In this document: piece by piece, positions 38,789 through 52,068 of the stretch | Layout: each line of letters begins with the position of its first letter | Position numbering within the stretch: the first letter of the stretch is position 1 | Program-made: the position numbers and the translations under genes | The notes under the pieces: model-generated | The model's database searches: none | The model's input: only the letters and a program-made list of their open reading frames with translations | Told to the model about the DNA's origin: nothing | Assembly: GCA_964016885.1 (NCBI GenBank) | Contig: OZ024748.1 | Span: 1,550,001-1,614,000, forward strand | Source of the DNA: Eledone cirrhosa | Lineage: Eukaryota | DNA: 64,000 nt | Direction: 5' to 3'

Positions 38789-41629
38789 TTGTATGTCATT
38801 AGAAGTCATCATCATCATCATCATCTTTTAATGTCCATTTGTGAGAGATCAGGTCGGAGGACCGTATTTTGCTCACACAAAACTGATTTTAGCTTGGTTT
38901 CTATGACTGGATGCCCTTCCTAACGTCAACCACATTTACAGTGTGTGCTGGCAACGAAAAGGTCAATGTTACATAAAAACTTAGATAAGCTCTAGGCTGA
39001 TGAGATTCTAAGCTCAAGAAACACTCTAACTACTTTTATGCTATTTTATATTTTCTTTGTTTTTTTGTTTTGTTTCAGTTGGTTGTTTGTTCTCATTCCC
39101 AGCTACCACTGTGTTTTCAACCTCTATGTTGACAAAAAACTAAGTTAATGAAATTCATCAAAAGCAGAATTATTGAAAGTTTACTTCAATTTTATTCCTG
39201 TGGCAAAGTTATTGCGAAATTGTTGAATAAGTTGCAGTAGAAATATGACAGGAAAATGGTTGGCATTCAAAGGTTGTTTTTTTTAATTAGATAACTATAT
39301 CAAGATGGGAGTATGTTACAAATTTTAGTCAGCTGATGATGAACCAAACAGCTCCTGCTGTTGACACACAGGCGTATGTGTGTGTGTGTGTATTAGTCTA
39401 TAACACTCCAAGTCATAGGCCTGTTTTATTTTTTTAATTTTATTTTTTCTGTTATGTTAGAAGGAGAAAGCAGTGGCTGTACTGAATATTAATAAGGGTA
39501 ATCAACCAGTGTCTGCAGTTCTGTTTACATGCCAACACAAGAGCAAGAATGAGGGGTTCATTCTACTGACATAGCTTAAAAGAGGCTGTTTGCATAATTG
39601 CAAACGAATTGAATATTGTTATTAATATTCGAAAAACTCGAATTACATTTATATATATATATATAAGATACTTTATTTCACATTGCTCCAGTTTACTCAG
39701 CTGTAGAAATGAGATGATAGGACTGGAGTGCCTATCATTCCACTGCAAAGTGGTCGTGGAAGTACCACGGCAAAAAAGCACCCAGCCCACACTGTAAAGT
39801 GGACGTGTAGGCGCCACGGAAAAAAAGCACCCAGCACTCACTGTAAATGAGGTTGGTGTTAGGAAGGGCATCCAGCTGTAGAAATCAAGCCAGAATCAGT
39901 TCCTGTCCCACCCTTGCAAACAGAGAAAAGCGGACGTAAAATGATGATGATGATATATATATATACATCATAGGTCTGCTTGATTGGAACCAACTCGGTG
40001 CTAAGCAAGAACGACAAGTCTTGGAAACAGGAAATGTCAAATAATAACTGAAGGAATGGAATGTAAAATTGAAATACAAACATTTTGTTGTATGGCTTAA
40101 AACCAGGCAAGAATTTATAAAAGATATTTAGTGGGTGGGGTGTTGGTGCTGGGGTTGTGAGAAAAGACTGTATAATAATGGTAATTAATACTAGAATATG
40201 TAACTTGATTCCTGGCATCTTAATTCATCCTGACACTTTGCTTTACAATCCAAAATGCTTAAGGCCTCTAAATTTGTTGTTATAGAACATTGACAAAACT
40301 TTTTACTTTAAGTTTCTCTCTGAGCTACTCAAACCAAAAGACTAGCTTCCTTTCTAAATACCTCATATTGTTTCTAGCTCCATGGCTGTTTTGTCCGTCA
40401 ATTATTCCAGGCATGCCTCTTAGCTTTTATGGTTCCATCTAAATAATATATATATGCAGGAGTTTTAATGAAAAAATAATTTAACCTAATAACAAATGTT
40501 TTGATAATCCAAGATGGAGAAAGCAGGCTTTGCTAACATCAATTTTCAAAATCAATTTTTTTTACATGTTATAAAGATCCTTTATATATATATCCGGAGC
40601 ACTGAACTTTCAAAAGGTGTTTGTAAAAGCCAAACTCACTATCTTCAATTCAGGGTTCATGCCTACTGATCAAAAGGATATAATAGTAAATAGAAGTGTC
40701 CAAAATGGGGTTCCTCCAATGGCTCTTTGGGGTAATGTTACTTGATAGGGTGCATAGCTCCAATATTAGGGAGTCACTCAATATTGAAAACTATTTCTCC
40801 AAATCAAGAGATCACAGCTCTGATACTATGGACATGCAGTTAGAATGTCAAAGGAAAGAATTGGTGGCTAGATTTTACGGGCAAATCCATCCAACAAGAG
40901 ACCCAGAGATAGACAACATGGCAAGATGGCTGGATATATGACACCTCACACAATTATATTTTCCCATGAAAACACTGCTTACTGTAGGAAGTCCTCCCAC
41001 TCCAAATACTACTTACTGTGTGAAATTTCCCCATGGTAACATTTATTATTGTCTGGTGATGGGGTGGAGGCAAAATCAAGTACTGCCCCATTAATTGGTT
41101 CCCCACCCAAGTACTTTATTGGTACATTGTTTCTACAACCTTTCAAGGAGGTAAGTTTAAATCAACTCCAGTGAGACTTGAAGAAAAAATATTAAAACAC
41201 AGGAAAAAAAAATGAATAAAAATTTGTCACTCCAAGTAGCCCCTACTTCTCCGAATTGAGAGATCACAGATCCAATACGATGGGAATATGGTTAGAATGT
41301 CTCAGGAAAGAATCGCTGGACAGATTTTACTGACAAAATCAACAGGTAGGAGACACAGGGGTAGATCCCGAACAAGATGGTTGGATAACATCCATGTGCT
41401 TGACTGGTCTTGCTTGGGGATCTAGCTGGATCAGTTGGAGATTGTTGTTTCTGACAGGACCAGCTGGAAGGTGTGTTTGAGGGATTCTGCCTCCATGACC
41501 CTCTCAGGAATAAGATATTGATAGCTTCAGTCATTGGGCTATGGCCATGCTAGGGCATCATCTTCAAAGCAACTGAAGGTTATATATATATATATATATA
41601 CACACACACATTATATATCTATCTATCTA

Positions 41630-41840
41630 AAGATCCATGGACGAGTTCTCTCCAGCGGTCTCTGTCCTTTGCCATGTCCTGTGTCTCCCAGAGACCAGTG
41701 TCTGTCCTTAGGGCATCAGTATATGTTAACCTCGGTCTCCCTTTTCTAGTATGTGCGTGTAGGGGCTCCCACAGGACCACTGAGTACAGTGTCAACTCTA
41801 AATGTCGGTGAGCATGTCCAGCTAACCCCAGTCTTTTCTG
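41630..41840 (-). mobile_element. RTE-clade C-terminal fragment (not in ORF track)
   Basis: QKRLGLAGHAHRH..VVLWEP..RKGRPRLTYTDALRTDTG..MAKDRDRWRELV parallels the C-terminus of 26729-27772. Confidence 0.8.
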
Positions 41841-41935
41841 TATACATATATAATGTATGTATGTGTGTGTGTATATATATATATAATGTGTGTATACATA
41901 TATATGTTATATACTCTTACACTCACGCACACACG

Positions 41936-41974
<39 letters not shown>

Positions 41975-41979
<5 letters not shown>

Positions 41980-42389
41980 GAGTTAAACAAGATTCAATGA
42001 GTACATCAAAGAATAAGTTTTACAGTAGATTGGAAGCACTCTACAGTAAAATATTTTCCAGAGTTATTAATATTAAAATAGAAATATTAATAAAATAGAT
42101 GTTCTTTTGATCAATTAAATTTTATTATACATATTTCAGAGGTATAACAGTACGTCCTCATCAGACAAAATATAATGATACATGACATACCCTGAGATGT
42201 TAAATGGTTAAGATTTAATCATGGTACTACCTTGATTAAATCTTAACCATTTACAATCTCAGGGTATGTCATGTATCATTATATTTTGTCTGATGAGGAC
42301 GTACTGTTATACCTCTGAAATATGTATAATAAAATTTAATTGATCAAAAGAACACCTATTTTATTATTATTTCTATTTTAATATTAATA
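41975..42389. mobile_element. Penelope-like end with 162-bp fold-back arms, one hammerhead per strand
   Basis: Arms 42065-42226 and 42228-42389 have few mismatches. Plus HHR 42278-42340: attatattttgt-CTGATGA-GGAcGTA..TACcTCT-GAAA-TATGTA-TA-ataaaatttaat. Confidence 0.8.
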
Positions 42390-42835
42390 TATACATATAT
42401 ATATACACACACATATGTTTACATCAATACGATTCTACATGTGAATGTGTACGTACTAACATACCAGCGTTGAGGGGCGGTGTCTTGAGATTTTTCTGTG
42501 CCAAGTTCGAATTCTCTCTCTCTAAAAAAAACAACAAAAACTAATGCGATAAAATAAAATAAGGTGTAGGGGTAGATAATACTACAAACTAGCCTCAGTT
42601 TGGTTTCTCATCCCCATTATTGCACCCGGATATATTTACTCTGTTTCACTTGGGAAGGGGTTACTTCTAATTCCTATCCTTTGCTTAGTCAAACATCCTC
42701 AACACACACACACACACATTTATATATATATCTATCTATACATACGTATAGATATATATACATATATATCTACACACACATATATATACATATACACACA
42801 TATATATATATACACATACATATATATACACACAC

Positions 42836-42872
<37 letters not shown>

Positions 42873-42929
42873 CATACATATATATACACACACACATATA
42901 TATACACACACATATATATATATACACAC

Positions 42930-43129
42930 GTTTCTATGTAGGTCGGAGGAAGTTGAAAAAGTTTTGAGTTGTGTTTTTTGTTATTTGAAAGAGGTTGGCG
43001 TGAGAGAAGTGTCAGGTCGTCTGGGCTGTTATAGATATTATTTTGACTGGTAGTAGAACTAGGTAAACTATCACTGGCTACCATGTGTTAACTGCAGCTG
43101 AGAAAACTCGGAGTCAACAACAACAAACT
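42930..43129 (-). other. candidate exon with ATG at 43084 (MVASDSLPSS...PPTYIE, phase-2 end)
   Basis: tctttttccag| acceptor, AC|GTGTGT donor, unique sequence. An upstream non-coding exon candidate lies at 43566-43714 (atatag| ... |gtgggt). Confidence 0.3.
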
Positions 43130-43199
43130 CTGGAAAAAGACTATATATATATATGTATACAATATAATATATATATTTATGTGTGTTTATAAAGTTAAG

Positions 43200-44060
43200 C
43201 AAAACTTTTGACCGAATTCTTTAACTTTCTTCTACGACATTCATTAGAAATTTAGGTTCTGCACGTAACAACTGTGTGAAGTGGTGGCAATCAACTGTCG
43301 CTTCCGAATATATTCTCTACAGAGCCTTGTTTATATCAATACTTATCAATACTTTTGTATATTTTGGAAAACTTAACAAACTAGGGTAAGTTTTATTTTT
43401 TACGATGTTTTTCTATATATCTATCTACACATCTCTCTCCTTTCTGTATATATATATATATATATATATGGAATTGATTTTGTTTATAATGTGGGGAAAA
43501 CGTGCCATGCTGCAGTTTTTTTTTTTTTATATATTTCGGAAAAAGTTTTCAAAGAGAAAACCCACTTGACAGACTTCGAGATTTATATACGACTTTCTTG
43601 GACTTCCAGGCCTGAGGTTCCAGTTCTTCCTCCTTTAGTCTTTATTTCAAGGATGATCACAGCAGCTGATGTTTCCCTGTTCCCTTGTATTGCTTTCTTC
43701 TTCCAGACACGGACCTATATTCTTTAAAAAACTTCCATCATCATGATTTTCAATTTACCACAATCTCCACGAGGTTCCAGATATTCACCACTATCTCATA
43801 CAAAGTTTATTTATGTTAAATCTCACTTGTTTCTAAATATTCTTATCGTGTCTCGTTTCTGTCAATTATTTTCTCCTCCGATTCACAAACTTTTTATCGA
43901 AGATATTTTCACACTCATCTTTAAAACGAAATCCAAAATGTTAACATTAATGTAACTTAATCGTATTTATTTCAGTTTAGTATATAAGTATATAGCAAAT
44001 ACTAAGTAAGCGCTGATGCAATGCTGAATAATTTCAACAGTTTCCTTACCATAATATTAA
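43200..44060. promoter_or_regulatory. CpG-retaining unique zone, possible promoter or first-exon region
   Basis: Visibly more CG dinucleotides than the flanks (not quantified). Perfect plus donor AGG|GTAAGT at 43386 and minus donor ATG|GTAAGG at 44049. Confidence 0.3.
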
Positions 44061-44555
44061 CCTTTTCGTTACCATATTTATAATAGAAGACACTATTTAT
44101 ATAATTTTCAAATAATTTTGAAAATAACCAAGAATCTGGAGGGATTTACTGAAATAACTTTCATGCCATTCTGAGTTCAAATCTCGCCGAGGTTAACTTT
44201 GCCTTTCATCCTTACGGGGTCGATAAAATAAAGTACCAGTAATGCACTGGGTATTTGCTGGCCTTGTGCCTAAAGTAGAAACAATTATTAAAAATCTCGC
44301 CAACTTTAGCTTTTCATCCTAAGGAGGGTCCATAAAATGAAATAGCTGTAATTTACTGAGGTCGATTAAAAGTATCATAGAACAGTTATTGAGTTGCTTG
44401 GAACGTAACATTTAAAAAAAATGATTCTTAAATAAAATTATGATGAAAGCGTTTTTTTTAAAGATATATATATCTTTTAAAGATATATATATATATAAAC
44501 ACTTCAAAATAAAGGACTTGTCATAGAACCCCGGAGTAGTTTCTTATGAAAATGG
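44061..44555. mobile_element. piggyBac-type MITE family 2 with SINE insertion(s) at 44165-44370
   Basis: TTAA-CCTTTTCGT ... ATGAAAATGG-TTAA. Confidence 0.65.
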
Positions 44556-44684
44556 TTAACTATGGCGATTTTTAGTTATTTATGATAATATTTCTAACAG
44601 CTGATGGTGAACTATTTTAAGGAACACGTAAATAATTCAGTTTATAACTTTCAAAAATGTTTCTTTTCGATATATATATATATA

Positions 44685-44765
44685 TATATATCTCGGGTAC
44701 CAAAACTTTGGTACGCCCTCACCAGATAAAATACAAAGTTTGTCTTATAAATAGTGACATATCAG
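44685..44765 (-). ncRNA. degenerate hammerhead, same family as 4753-4824 and 42278-42340
   Basis: tgtattttat-CTGGTGA-GGGcGTACCAAA..TTTGGTACCC-GAGA-TATATA. One mutation in each core box; 3' strand of stem I lost. Confidence 0.55.
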
Positions 44766-45814
44766 GAACGAGATCTTAATAGTTCAAGTTCTTATAAAAC
44801 AATATTTATAAAACAAACTTTGAATAAATAGGGTTTTATAATTACAGTTGCCATTTCTTAATAGCATTGAATATTTACTCCAGAAAACTTGTTGAGTGCT
44901 TCGAATCAATTATAAATATATATATTTGTTGAATTACCAACAAATTAAATATCCCTTTGCTTATATATATATAATTAGTTCGGATCTAACTGTCGATGGC
45001 CCCTTGCTGGTTCGTTCACTAACAATTATGTCTTCATATAATTCCACTATCACTATTTTATATGGATTGGCAGTATCGGTAGAGGGTCGGACGCCAATCT
45101 TTGACGCATATATAGAGTTACGGCCCTTGCCATTCTGAGTTCAAATCCTGCCGAGGTTAACTTTGCCTTTCATCCTTATGGGGCCGATAAAATAAAGTAC
45201 CAGTAATGTACTGGGTAATTGCTGGCCTTGTGCCAAAAGTAGAGACAGCTATTTTGTATCTACTTTCTATGGTGGCGTGGGATGGGCGTGTGGTCATATA
45301 AGTTTTTATTTAGACTGATTGCCCTTCCAGACGAGACAAACGACATAAAGTTCCATTTTCAAGGCATTGGACCTCCGTCGATTCCGAGGACGAGTGCGCC
45401 AGTTGATTCAGCCTGCTACGGGAAATTAACGTGTAAGTACCTGAGCATTTCACAGACACGTGTACCCTGAAGAATCAGCGTAACCCAATGTATGACAACT
45501 CATTTTTGCCGGCTGAGTGGTCCGAGAATCAAACTTACGATCCAAAGCTCGTGAGCCGAGTACCATAAACAAACCACACTATGCGATTCATACATGTGTG
45601 TATACATTTTAAAGTATACATTTTTCATCGTAAATCTTCGCCTTGTTATCGAATCGAAATGTATATTTGTGAAAATTTCCGAATAATTTGAATTTTTTTT
45701 TGTCCCACCCTCACCGTACCCTCTTCAACTCCGACAGACTGTTTACTATCAATTACCACCCACAAATAAATTAGCTCAAGAAAAAATCTTGTCTAAGGTT
45801 CCGATAGTGTAGAA

Positions 45815-46503
45815 CACAGGTTCTCAACCCATTTAGGCCAAACGCCCCCCTTTTGTCCCTCGAAATCACGAAACGCCCCCCCCCCCCATTTTTCCATTTT
45901 TCAATATACTACTGATTTTTATATCAGTAGATTACTAAAAAAATTGATTAACAATATTCCAAAGATGTGTGTATTATCTGAGTATGTTGTGATGTGTGTG
46001 CTACTCGCTTCTGTTTTTTCTTTTCTTTTTTTTTTATTTGTAATATTAATATACAATAGGGAATAAAATAGATCTACATAGTGTTAACTCGTTACGGTTG
46101 AGTCAATAATTTCAGACATGAAATACATTGTTATCGGTGAAGGAAAAATAAGATTCTAACTGGCTGCGCCCAAAGTGTCTTTGACCCAGTTGACTGTGGG
46201 GTTTTCCACTTTTAGGATCTCAATTACCGGTTAACGTCTCAATTACTGGACATGCTTGCACACCTGCTCACAGCTGCGGTCAGACTATAGTTATGCAAGC
46301 TCATTCAAATGCATTCACACTGGCTGTCTCAAAGACATACAAATATGGCTTATAAAACTTACCAAAATAAAGAGCCTTCCAGCGCCCCTAACCCCCTCCC
46401 CCAGCTCCAAACGCCCCCCTAACGCGACCTTGCTCCCAAACGCCCCCCTGGAGTTCCGAAACGTCCCTCGGGGGTGCATATGCCCCCCCGTTGAGAACCT
46501 TTG
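45815..46503. mobile_element. non-autonomous hAT (Buster/Charlie-type) transposon
   Basis: TIR CACAGGTTCTCAAC / GTTGAGAACCTTTG, perfect 8-bp TSD GTGTAGAA (45807-45814, 46504-46511) with central TA, subterminal AACGCCCCC repeats at both ends. Confidence 0.93.
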
Positions 46504-46559
46504 GTGTAGAAGAAAGAGTTAGGACTGTCTTATGCCATAAGGCTCATTACATAAACAGA

Positions 46560-46856
46560 CTCAGTGGAAGAGCCGAACTCCCACTGTCATCGCCTTCCCC
46601 ATCTCTCTCGCCTTCCCCATCTCTCCGTATAGTGAGCAAATGGGGTCCCACGTGCTGGCCTCGACACAGCCCCAGCGGACAGAATGGAGAAGGCGTTTCC
46701 CCGGAGCCATTCCAACTTGTGAAGATCACACCTGCGGCTGGCCAGCTCAGCGCCTAAGGTGGTGAGTAGGGAGGTAGCTCTAGGGCCAAGGACACCAGAA
46801 GTCTCCACTGCCAAGGGCACGAGCGCGAACCTGTTGGAGAGCAACCAGTACTTTCC
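46560..46856 (-). mobile_element. CRE-clade non-LTR retrotransposon 3' fragment (restriction-like endonuclease C-terminus)
   Basis: KYWLLSNRFALVPLAVETSGVLGPRA..LG..LA...WL-RGNAFSIL matches the KY..P(L/I)AVETxG..G..QRGNA pattern, with an internal deletion before RGNA. Confidence 0.8.
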
Positions 46857-47899
46857 GATTGCGTTTAATTTACATCAGTTTCATTTTATTATCGAATTTT
46901 TCCTTTTACTTTAATTCGCTTTGATTTTGTCTGTTATTTTATATACTTAAAGCGAAACAACTAAAATGAACTCTAGAGATATTTATATTTGTGTCTATTT
47001 GTTTATATATCTATGTATATATGAATATGTATATATATATATCTGTGTATTTATGTATATACATATGTATAACTTTGGTAACTTTCAGCCAGTATTGGCC
47101 CAGGACATGTCTAACTTGTGTGTCTGTATTGATTCACTAACTGTTTACCAACTCAACAACTTTCTCTTAATCTCTCTCTTGACAAAAGTCTATTTACATT
47201 TTCCTTCTCTCCGGTGTCACCATTCGTACAACTCGTCTACCTTTCTTGCCAGTTGAAAGGCACTCACTTGTTCTAAGCCATTGTGCAACCTGGTCTCAAT
47301 ATTATACAATACCACTCTTATGCACGAAATTGCATTGAACGAGAAGTGGCTGAAGAGGAAAACAGATGCTTTTGTTTATTTCCCCCACATATTTGTTTTT
47401 TTTTGTGCGCAACTTTGCTATATATATATATATTTATATATATAGTAATAATAATAATAATGGTAATAATAAATTTGAAGGCTAAAATCCAAAGAGGGCT
47501 CGATAAGGATAAATATATATCAAATATATAAGAACCCTAGAGCAAATATTTCCCAAGTTCAAATATTTCCTAAGTTCAAAATTTCAAATATTTTGTTAAA
47601 AACAATAATGCTCACACACATACATATTAGAGGGTGGGTGGTGTTCTTCTTTAAGTATAAACATCTCTCTCTCTCTTTTGATTGTCATTCTAGCTGTAAA
47701 ACAATCTGGGTTGGTGCTGGTGGTGATTCCCCCACTCCATCCTTCCTTATAACAATCTGGTAGCTGGGGGGTGGGGCAGTCTGGGAAAATCATTTAAGCA
47801 AAGGGGGAGCGTCTTTGGTAGTGAAATGGTTGGGAGCCATTGTGCTTAAGCACTTACTTACTGATGATGACGAGGGTGTGATGATTGACAGTTTGGCTA

Positions 47900-48120
47900 T
47901 GGGGAAAGAGGTTATGTGGTGGACAAGACTGAAAGCTCTGAACACAAATATGTTCCTCTTCTGTCAAGCTCTCATCTCATCATTGTTTTCAAATTCCACT
48001 TAGATAAAAATGTGAGGGTGTACTGGGATGGTGAGAAAGCCTTGCTGAAACTCCTAGGCATCGTGGTCGGGGTTTTTATTTTCCTTTATATTCATTCTGT
48101 TTCTTACCTTGCATAGAATA
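47900..48120 (-). pseudogene. possible highly degraded Penelope GIY-YIG C-terminal region
   Basis: Frameshifted reading VRNRMN..KNPDH.CLGVS resembles Penelope endonuclease ends. A very degenerate HHR-like string lies at 47496-47537 on the opposite strand. Confidence 0.2.
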
Positions 48121-48171
48121 CTCCCATGATTTGAGGTCTCCCCACTGTCAGCACTGCAGGCTATATAATAT

Positions 48172-48488
48172 ATCATCATCATCATCATACATCCGCTTTT
48201 CCCTGCTTGCAAGGGTGGGATGGGTCCTATTCAACACACCATCTTTCCACTTGTCACGGTCCTTTGTCATCTCCGTGAGTTTCAGCAATCTGAGGTCTGC
48301 TCTCACCACCTCCGTCCATGTTTTTCGTGGTCTTTCTCTACTGCATCTTCCTTCTACTGGGATTTCTTGGCACTTCTTTACCCAGTAGTCATCCTCCATG
48401 TGCATCACATGTCCATACCATCGCAGTCTTCTCTCCCGCACACTACAACTTATGCCTCTTAAACACAGCTTCTCTCTCAACACATCCA
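48172..48488 (-). mobile_element. RTE LINE family C 3' end with very short 3'UTR
   Basis: RRLRWYGHVMHM..RPRKTWTEVV; ORF runs into cccacccttgcaagcagggaaaagcggatg and (GAT)n. Confidence 0.9.
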
Positions 48489-49288
48489 TATATATATATA
48501 TTTATATGTATATATATAATATTTTACCACACAACATCTAGGCCACACTGAAAAGTGGTTGTGTAGGAGACATGGAAAAAATCACCCAGCCCACACTGTA
48601 AATGTGGTTGGCATTAGGAAGGGCATCCAGCCATAGAAAACCAGCCAGAAACAGTCCTATAGGAGTGAGACTCGGTCCTCCGACCCAACTTGCCTCAAAT
48701 GGAACAAACCCGTCTAACCCATGCTAGCATGGAAAGTAGATGTTAAACAATGATATATATATATATATATATATAGTTAATCAATGACACAAACAAAACA
48801 CAGTAGTCAATTTTACACAGTTCTATTAGGTTCATGCTTGGTGGAAGTGGAGGATACACACACACATATATACATATATATATATAGTGTTTAAAAAATA
48901 TATGGGATGGTTTCTGCTTTTTCTCTTAATTCTGTTTGATTGGGATGGACTTGGGGTTTAAAATAACATCATCATCAGTTAGTATTCATTTTAATGACTG
49001 GTGGCAAGAAGGCTAAGTTAATTCCTGTGGGAATTGAACTCAGTCACTTATATGGAGGAAACTCAATACAGTGAGATAGATTTACTTTTGATGGCTACAC
49101 ATACATCCGCCTCAAAACTTATGGCAGAGTGTATGTATGTGTGTGTGTGTCTCACCCTCTGTAGATGCTAGCATATATTAAATTATGGTGCTGTGTATTG
49201 ATTTAGGCGCACACACATGCACACACACACACACACACATGCACGTCATCATGGAAAAACATATGTTGCGTGTGTGTGTGCAGAACCA

Positions 49289-49728
49289 GAAGGATGAAAG
49301 GCAAAGTTGATCTCGGCAGGATTTGAACTCAGAATGTAAAGGGCCGTAACTAAATGCTGCAAAGCATTTTGTTCGATGCTCTACCAATTCTGCCAATCCA
49401 TCACCCTCATAAAATAAAATAATGGTTTCTGATTTAAGCACGGGGCCCTGCAATTTTTGGGTAGGGGGGAAAGTCCGGTCCCCAGTGCGTTACTGGTACT
49501 TTATTTTACCGACCCTGGATGGATGAAAGGCAAAGTTGACCTTGGTGGAATTAGAAACCAGAATAATAGGGTCAGTTGAAAAGTTCATAGGATGACTATG
49601 AAGGAGTGGTGGTAGGGCTGTAAGGATGAACGGCAAAGCTAACCTTGTTCGGATTTGAACTCAAAACATAAAGGGCCGTAACTCTGTGCTGCAAAGTATG
49701 TTGTCTGACTCTCTACTGATACTGCCAC
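49289..49728 (-). mobile_element. cluster of three Meta-like SINE pieces
   Basis: ggatgaaaggcaaag..ggatttgaactc repeated three times in the same orientation. Confidence 0.85.
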
Positions 49729-50035
49729 AATAGGAAAATTGTAAATATAATTAATGGCAGCACATGATTCACAGTAGAGGAGTGTCCCAGAAGAATTTTT
49801 AACCCAGAACATTGATGAAACTAAATACTGCTGTAAGACACTTTAGTCAATTATTCTTACAGCATATAATACTGTAAATAATTTGCACTCACATTTTACA
49901 TAAAGCAATCTTGTCTCACCACTTGACAGTTTAGGGAGTTTTTTGTAGCTCTAATAGATAAGTTAGTTGCACATTCACGTTTTTTTTCTCTTGTGTTTTT
50001 TATTTTTATATTTTTGTGAAAAAAAAATCTATATG

Positions 50036-50112
50036 GTGTGTGTGTGTGTATGCTTGTGTTTGTCTCCAGAAATACTGTGTGTGTGTGTGTGTATGCTTGT
50101 GTTTGTCTCCAG

Positions 50113-50162
<50 letters not shown>

Positions 50163-50328
50163 CTTGTGTTTGTCTCCAGAAATACTGTGTGTGTGTGTGT
50201 GTGTGTGTATGCTTGTGTATGCTTGTGTTTGTCTCCAGAAATACTGTGTGTGTGTGTGTGTGTGTATGCTTGTGTTTGTCTCCAGAAATACTGTGTGTGT
50301 GTGTGTGTATGCTTGTGTTTGTCTCCAG

Positions 50329-50372
<44 letters not shown>

Positions 50373-50432
50373 CTTGTGTTTGTCTCCAGAAATACTGTGT
50401 GTGTGTGTGTGTATGCTTGTGTTTGTCTCCAG

Positions 50433-50482
<50 letters not shown>

Positions 50483-50648
50483 CTTGTGTTTGTCTCCAGA
50501 AATACTGTGTGTGTGTGTGTGTGTGTGTATGCTTGTGTATGCTTGTGTTTGTCTCCAGAAATACTGTGTGTGTGTGTGTGTGTGTATGCTTGTGTTTGTC
50601 TCCAGAAATACTGTGTGTGTGTGTGTGTATGCTTGTGTTTGTCTCCAG

Positions 50649-50692
<44 letters not shown>

Positions 50693-50752
50693 CTTGTGTT
50701 TGTCTCCAGAAATACTGTGTGTGTGTGTGTGTATGCTTGTGTTTGTCTCCAG

Positions 50753-50783
<31 letters not shown>

Positions 50784-50803
50784 ATGCTTGTGTTTGTCTC
50801 CAG

Positions 50804-50849
<46 letters not shown>

Positions 50850-50935
50850 CTTGTGTTTGTCTCCAGAAATACTGTGTGTGTGTGTGTGTGTGTGTATGCT
50901 TGTTTGTCTCCAGAAATACTGTGTGTGTGTGTGTG
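50036..50935. repeat. compound satellite ATGCTTGTGTTTGTCTCCAGAAATACT-(GT)n, 17 units, 320-bp higher-order period
   Basis: Registers at 50050, 50370 and 50690 repeat the same series of spacer lengths. Confidence 0.95.
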
Positions 50936-51234
50936 GTAAATCTAGTCTTTCATGATAATTATTGCTTTATTTTATTTGTTATAAAACATCTGACCTTGTG
51001 ACATCCTGAAAGATCAGAGACAAATGTTAGAATTTACAGCTTTATCACCTGACCTGTACCACTGTTTTCTTGATCACTGTACCACTGTCAGCTTGTCGCT
51101 GATTTTATCTTAACTGATTTTACACAAATTGGGGTCTTCCAGTACCTACCGCTGTACCCCCCCCCCCTATCTCTCTTACTCACTATCTCTTCTATCAATA
51201 TATTTCTTCCCCTCCCCCATGTATATATATATAA

Positions 51235-51266
<32 letters not shown>

Positions 51267-51513
51267 ATAGATCTGTAGTTGTGTATGTATAATTCATAAT
51301 CATACACATAAAGTTACACATGTACTTCCGTGCACAAGTACTTAGATATGTGGTCTATCTCTGTCTCTCTCTTTCTATATATGGCTAAAACAGACTAGGG
51401 CCATGCTGGAACATCACCTTCATATATTTGTGACCTTATATGTCTGTGTGTATGTATTTGTGTCTATAAATGTACGACTATGTGTGTAAGACAAATGAAA
51501 TGTACGTATGTAT

Positions 51514-52068
51514 GGTAGTGCTGGGGCCATGACAACAGAAAGCACCCAGACCACACTGTAAGGTGGTAGTGTTGGGGCCATGACAACAGAAAGTACCCAG
51601 ACCACACTGTAAGGTGGTAGTGTTGGGGCCATGACAACAGAAAGTACCCAGACCACACTGTAAGGTGGTAGTGTTGGGGCCATGACAACAGAAAGTACCC
51701 AGACCACACTGCAAGGTGGTAGTGCTGGTGCCATGACAACAGAAAGTACCCAGACCACACTGTAAGGTGGTAGTGCTGGTGCCATGACAACAGAAAGTAC
51801 CCAGACCACACTGTAAGGTGGTAGTGCTAGGGCCATGACAAAAAACATACTGTAAGGTGGTAGAGCCCGGGTCATGATAAGTATATTCCCAGTATATGCT
51901 GTGAAGTGGTTGGCATTAGGAAGGGCATCCAGCCATAGAAACCAAGCTCCAAAACAGAGCATACGAGCTACACATGGTCATTTAATTAGTCTACCCTGAG
52001 TACATGACATCCCGTCTAACCCATGCAAGCATAGAAAATAGACATAAAATGATGTTAGTGATGATGAT
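51514..52068 (+). mobile_element. retroposon 3' end with 51-bp unit amplified 6+ times
   Basis: Unit GGTAGTGTTGGGGCCATGACAACAGAAAGTACCCAGACCACACTGTAAGGT, then ttaggaagggcatccagcc, cccgtctaacccatgcaagcat and GAT tail. Confidence 0.85.

Noticed and set aside
38996-39032. CTGATGA...GAAAC hammerhead-like string
   Set aside because: Stem II cannot close next to the core and no stem I or III pairing is evident.
50036-50935. CRISPR array (also 4230-4629, 51514-51870)
   Set aside because: Eukaryotic context; spacers are (GT)n or absent; no cas genes.
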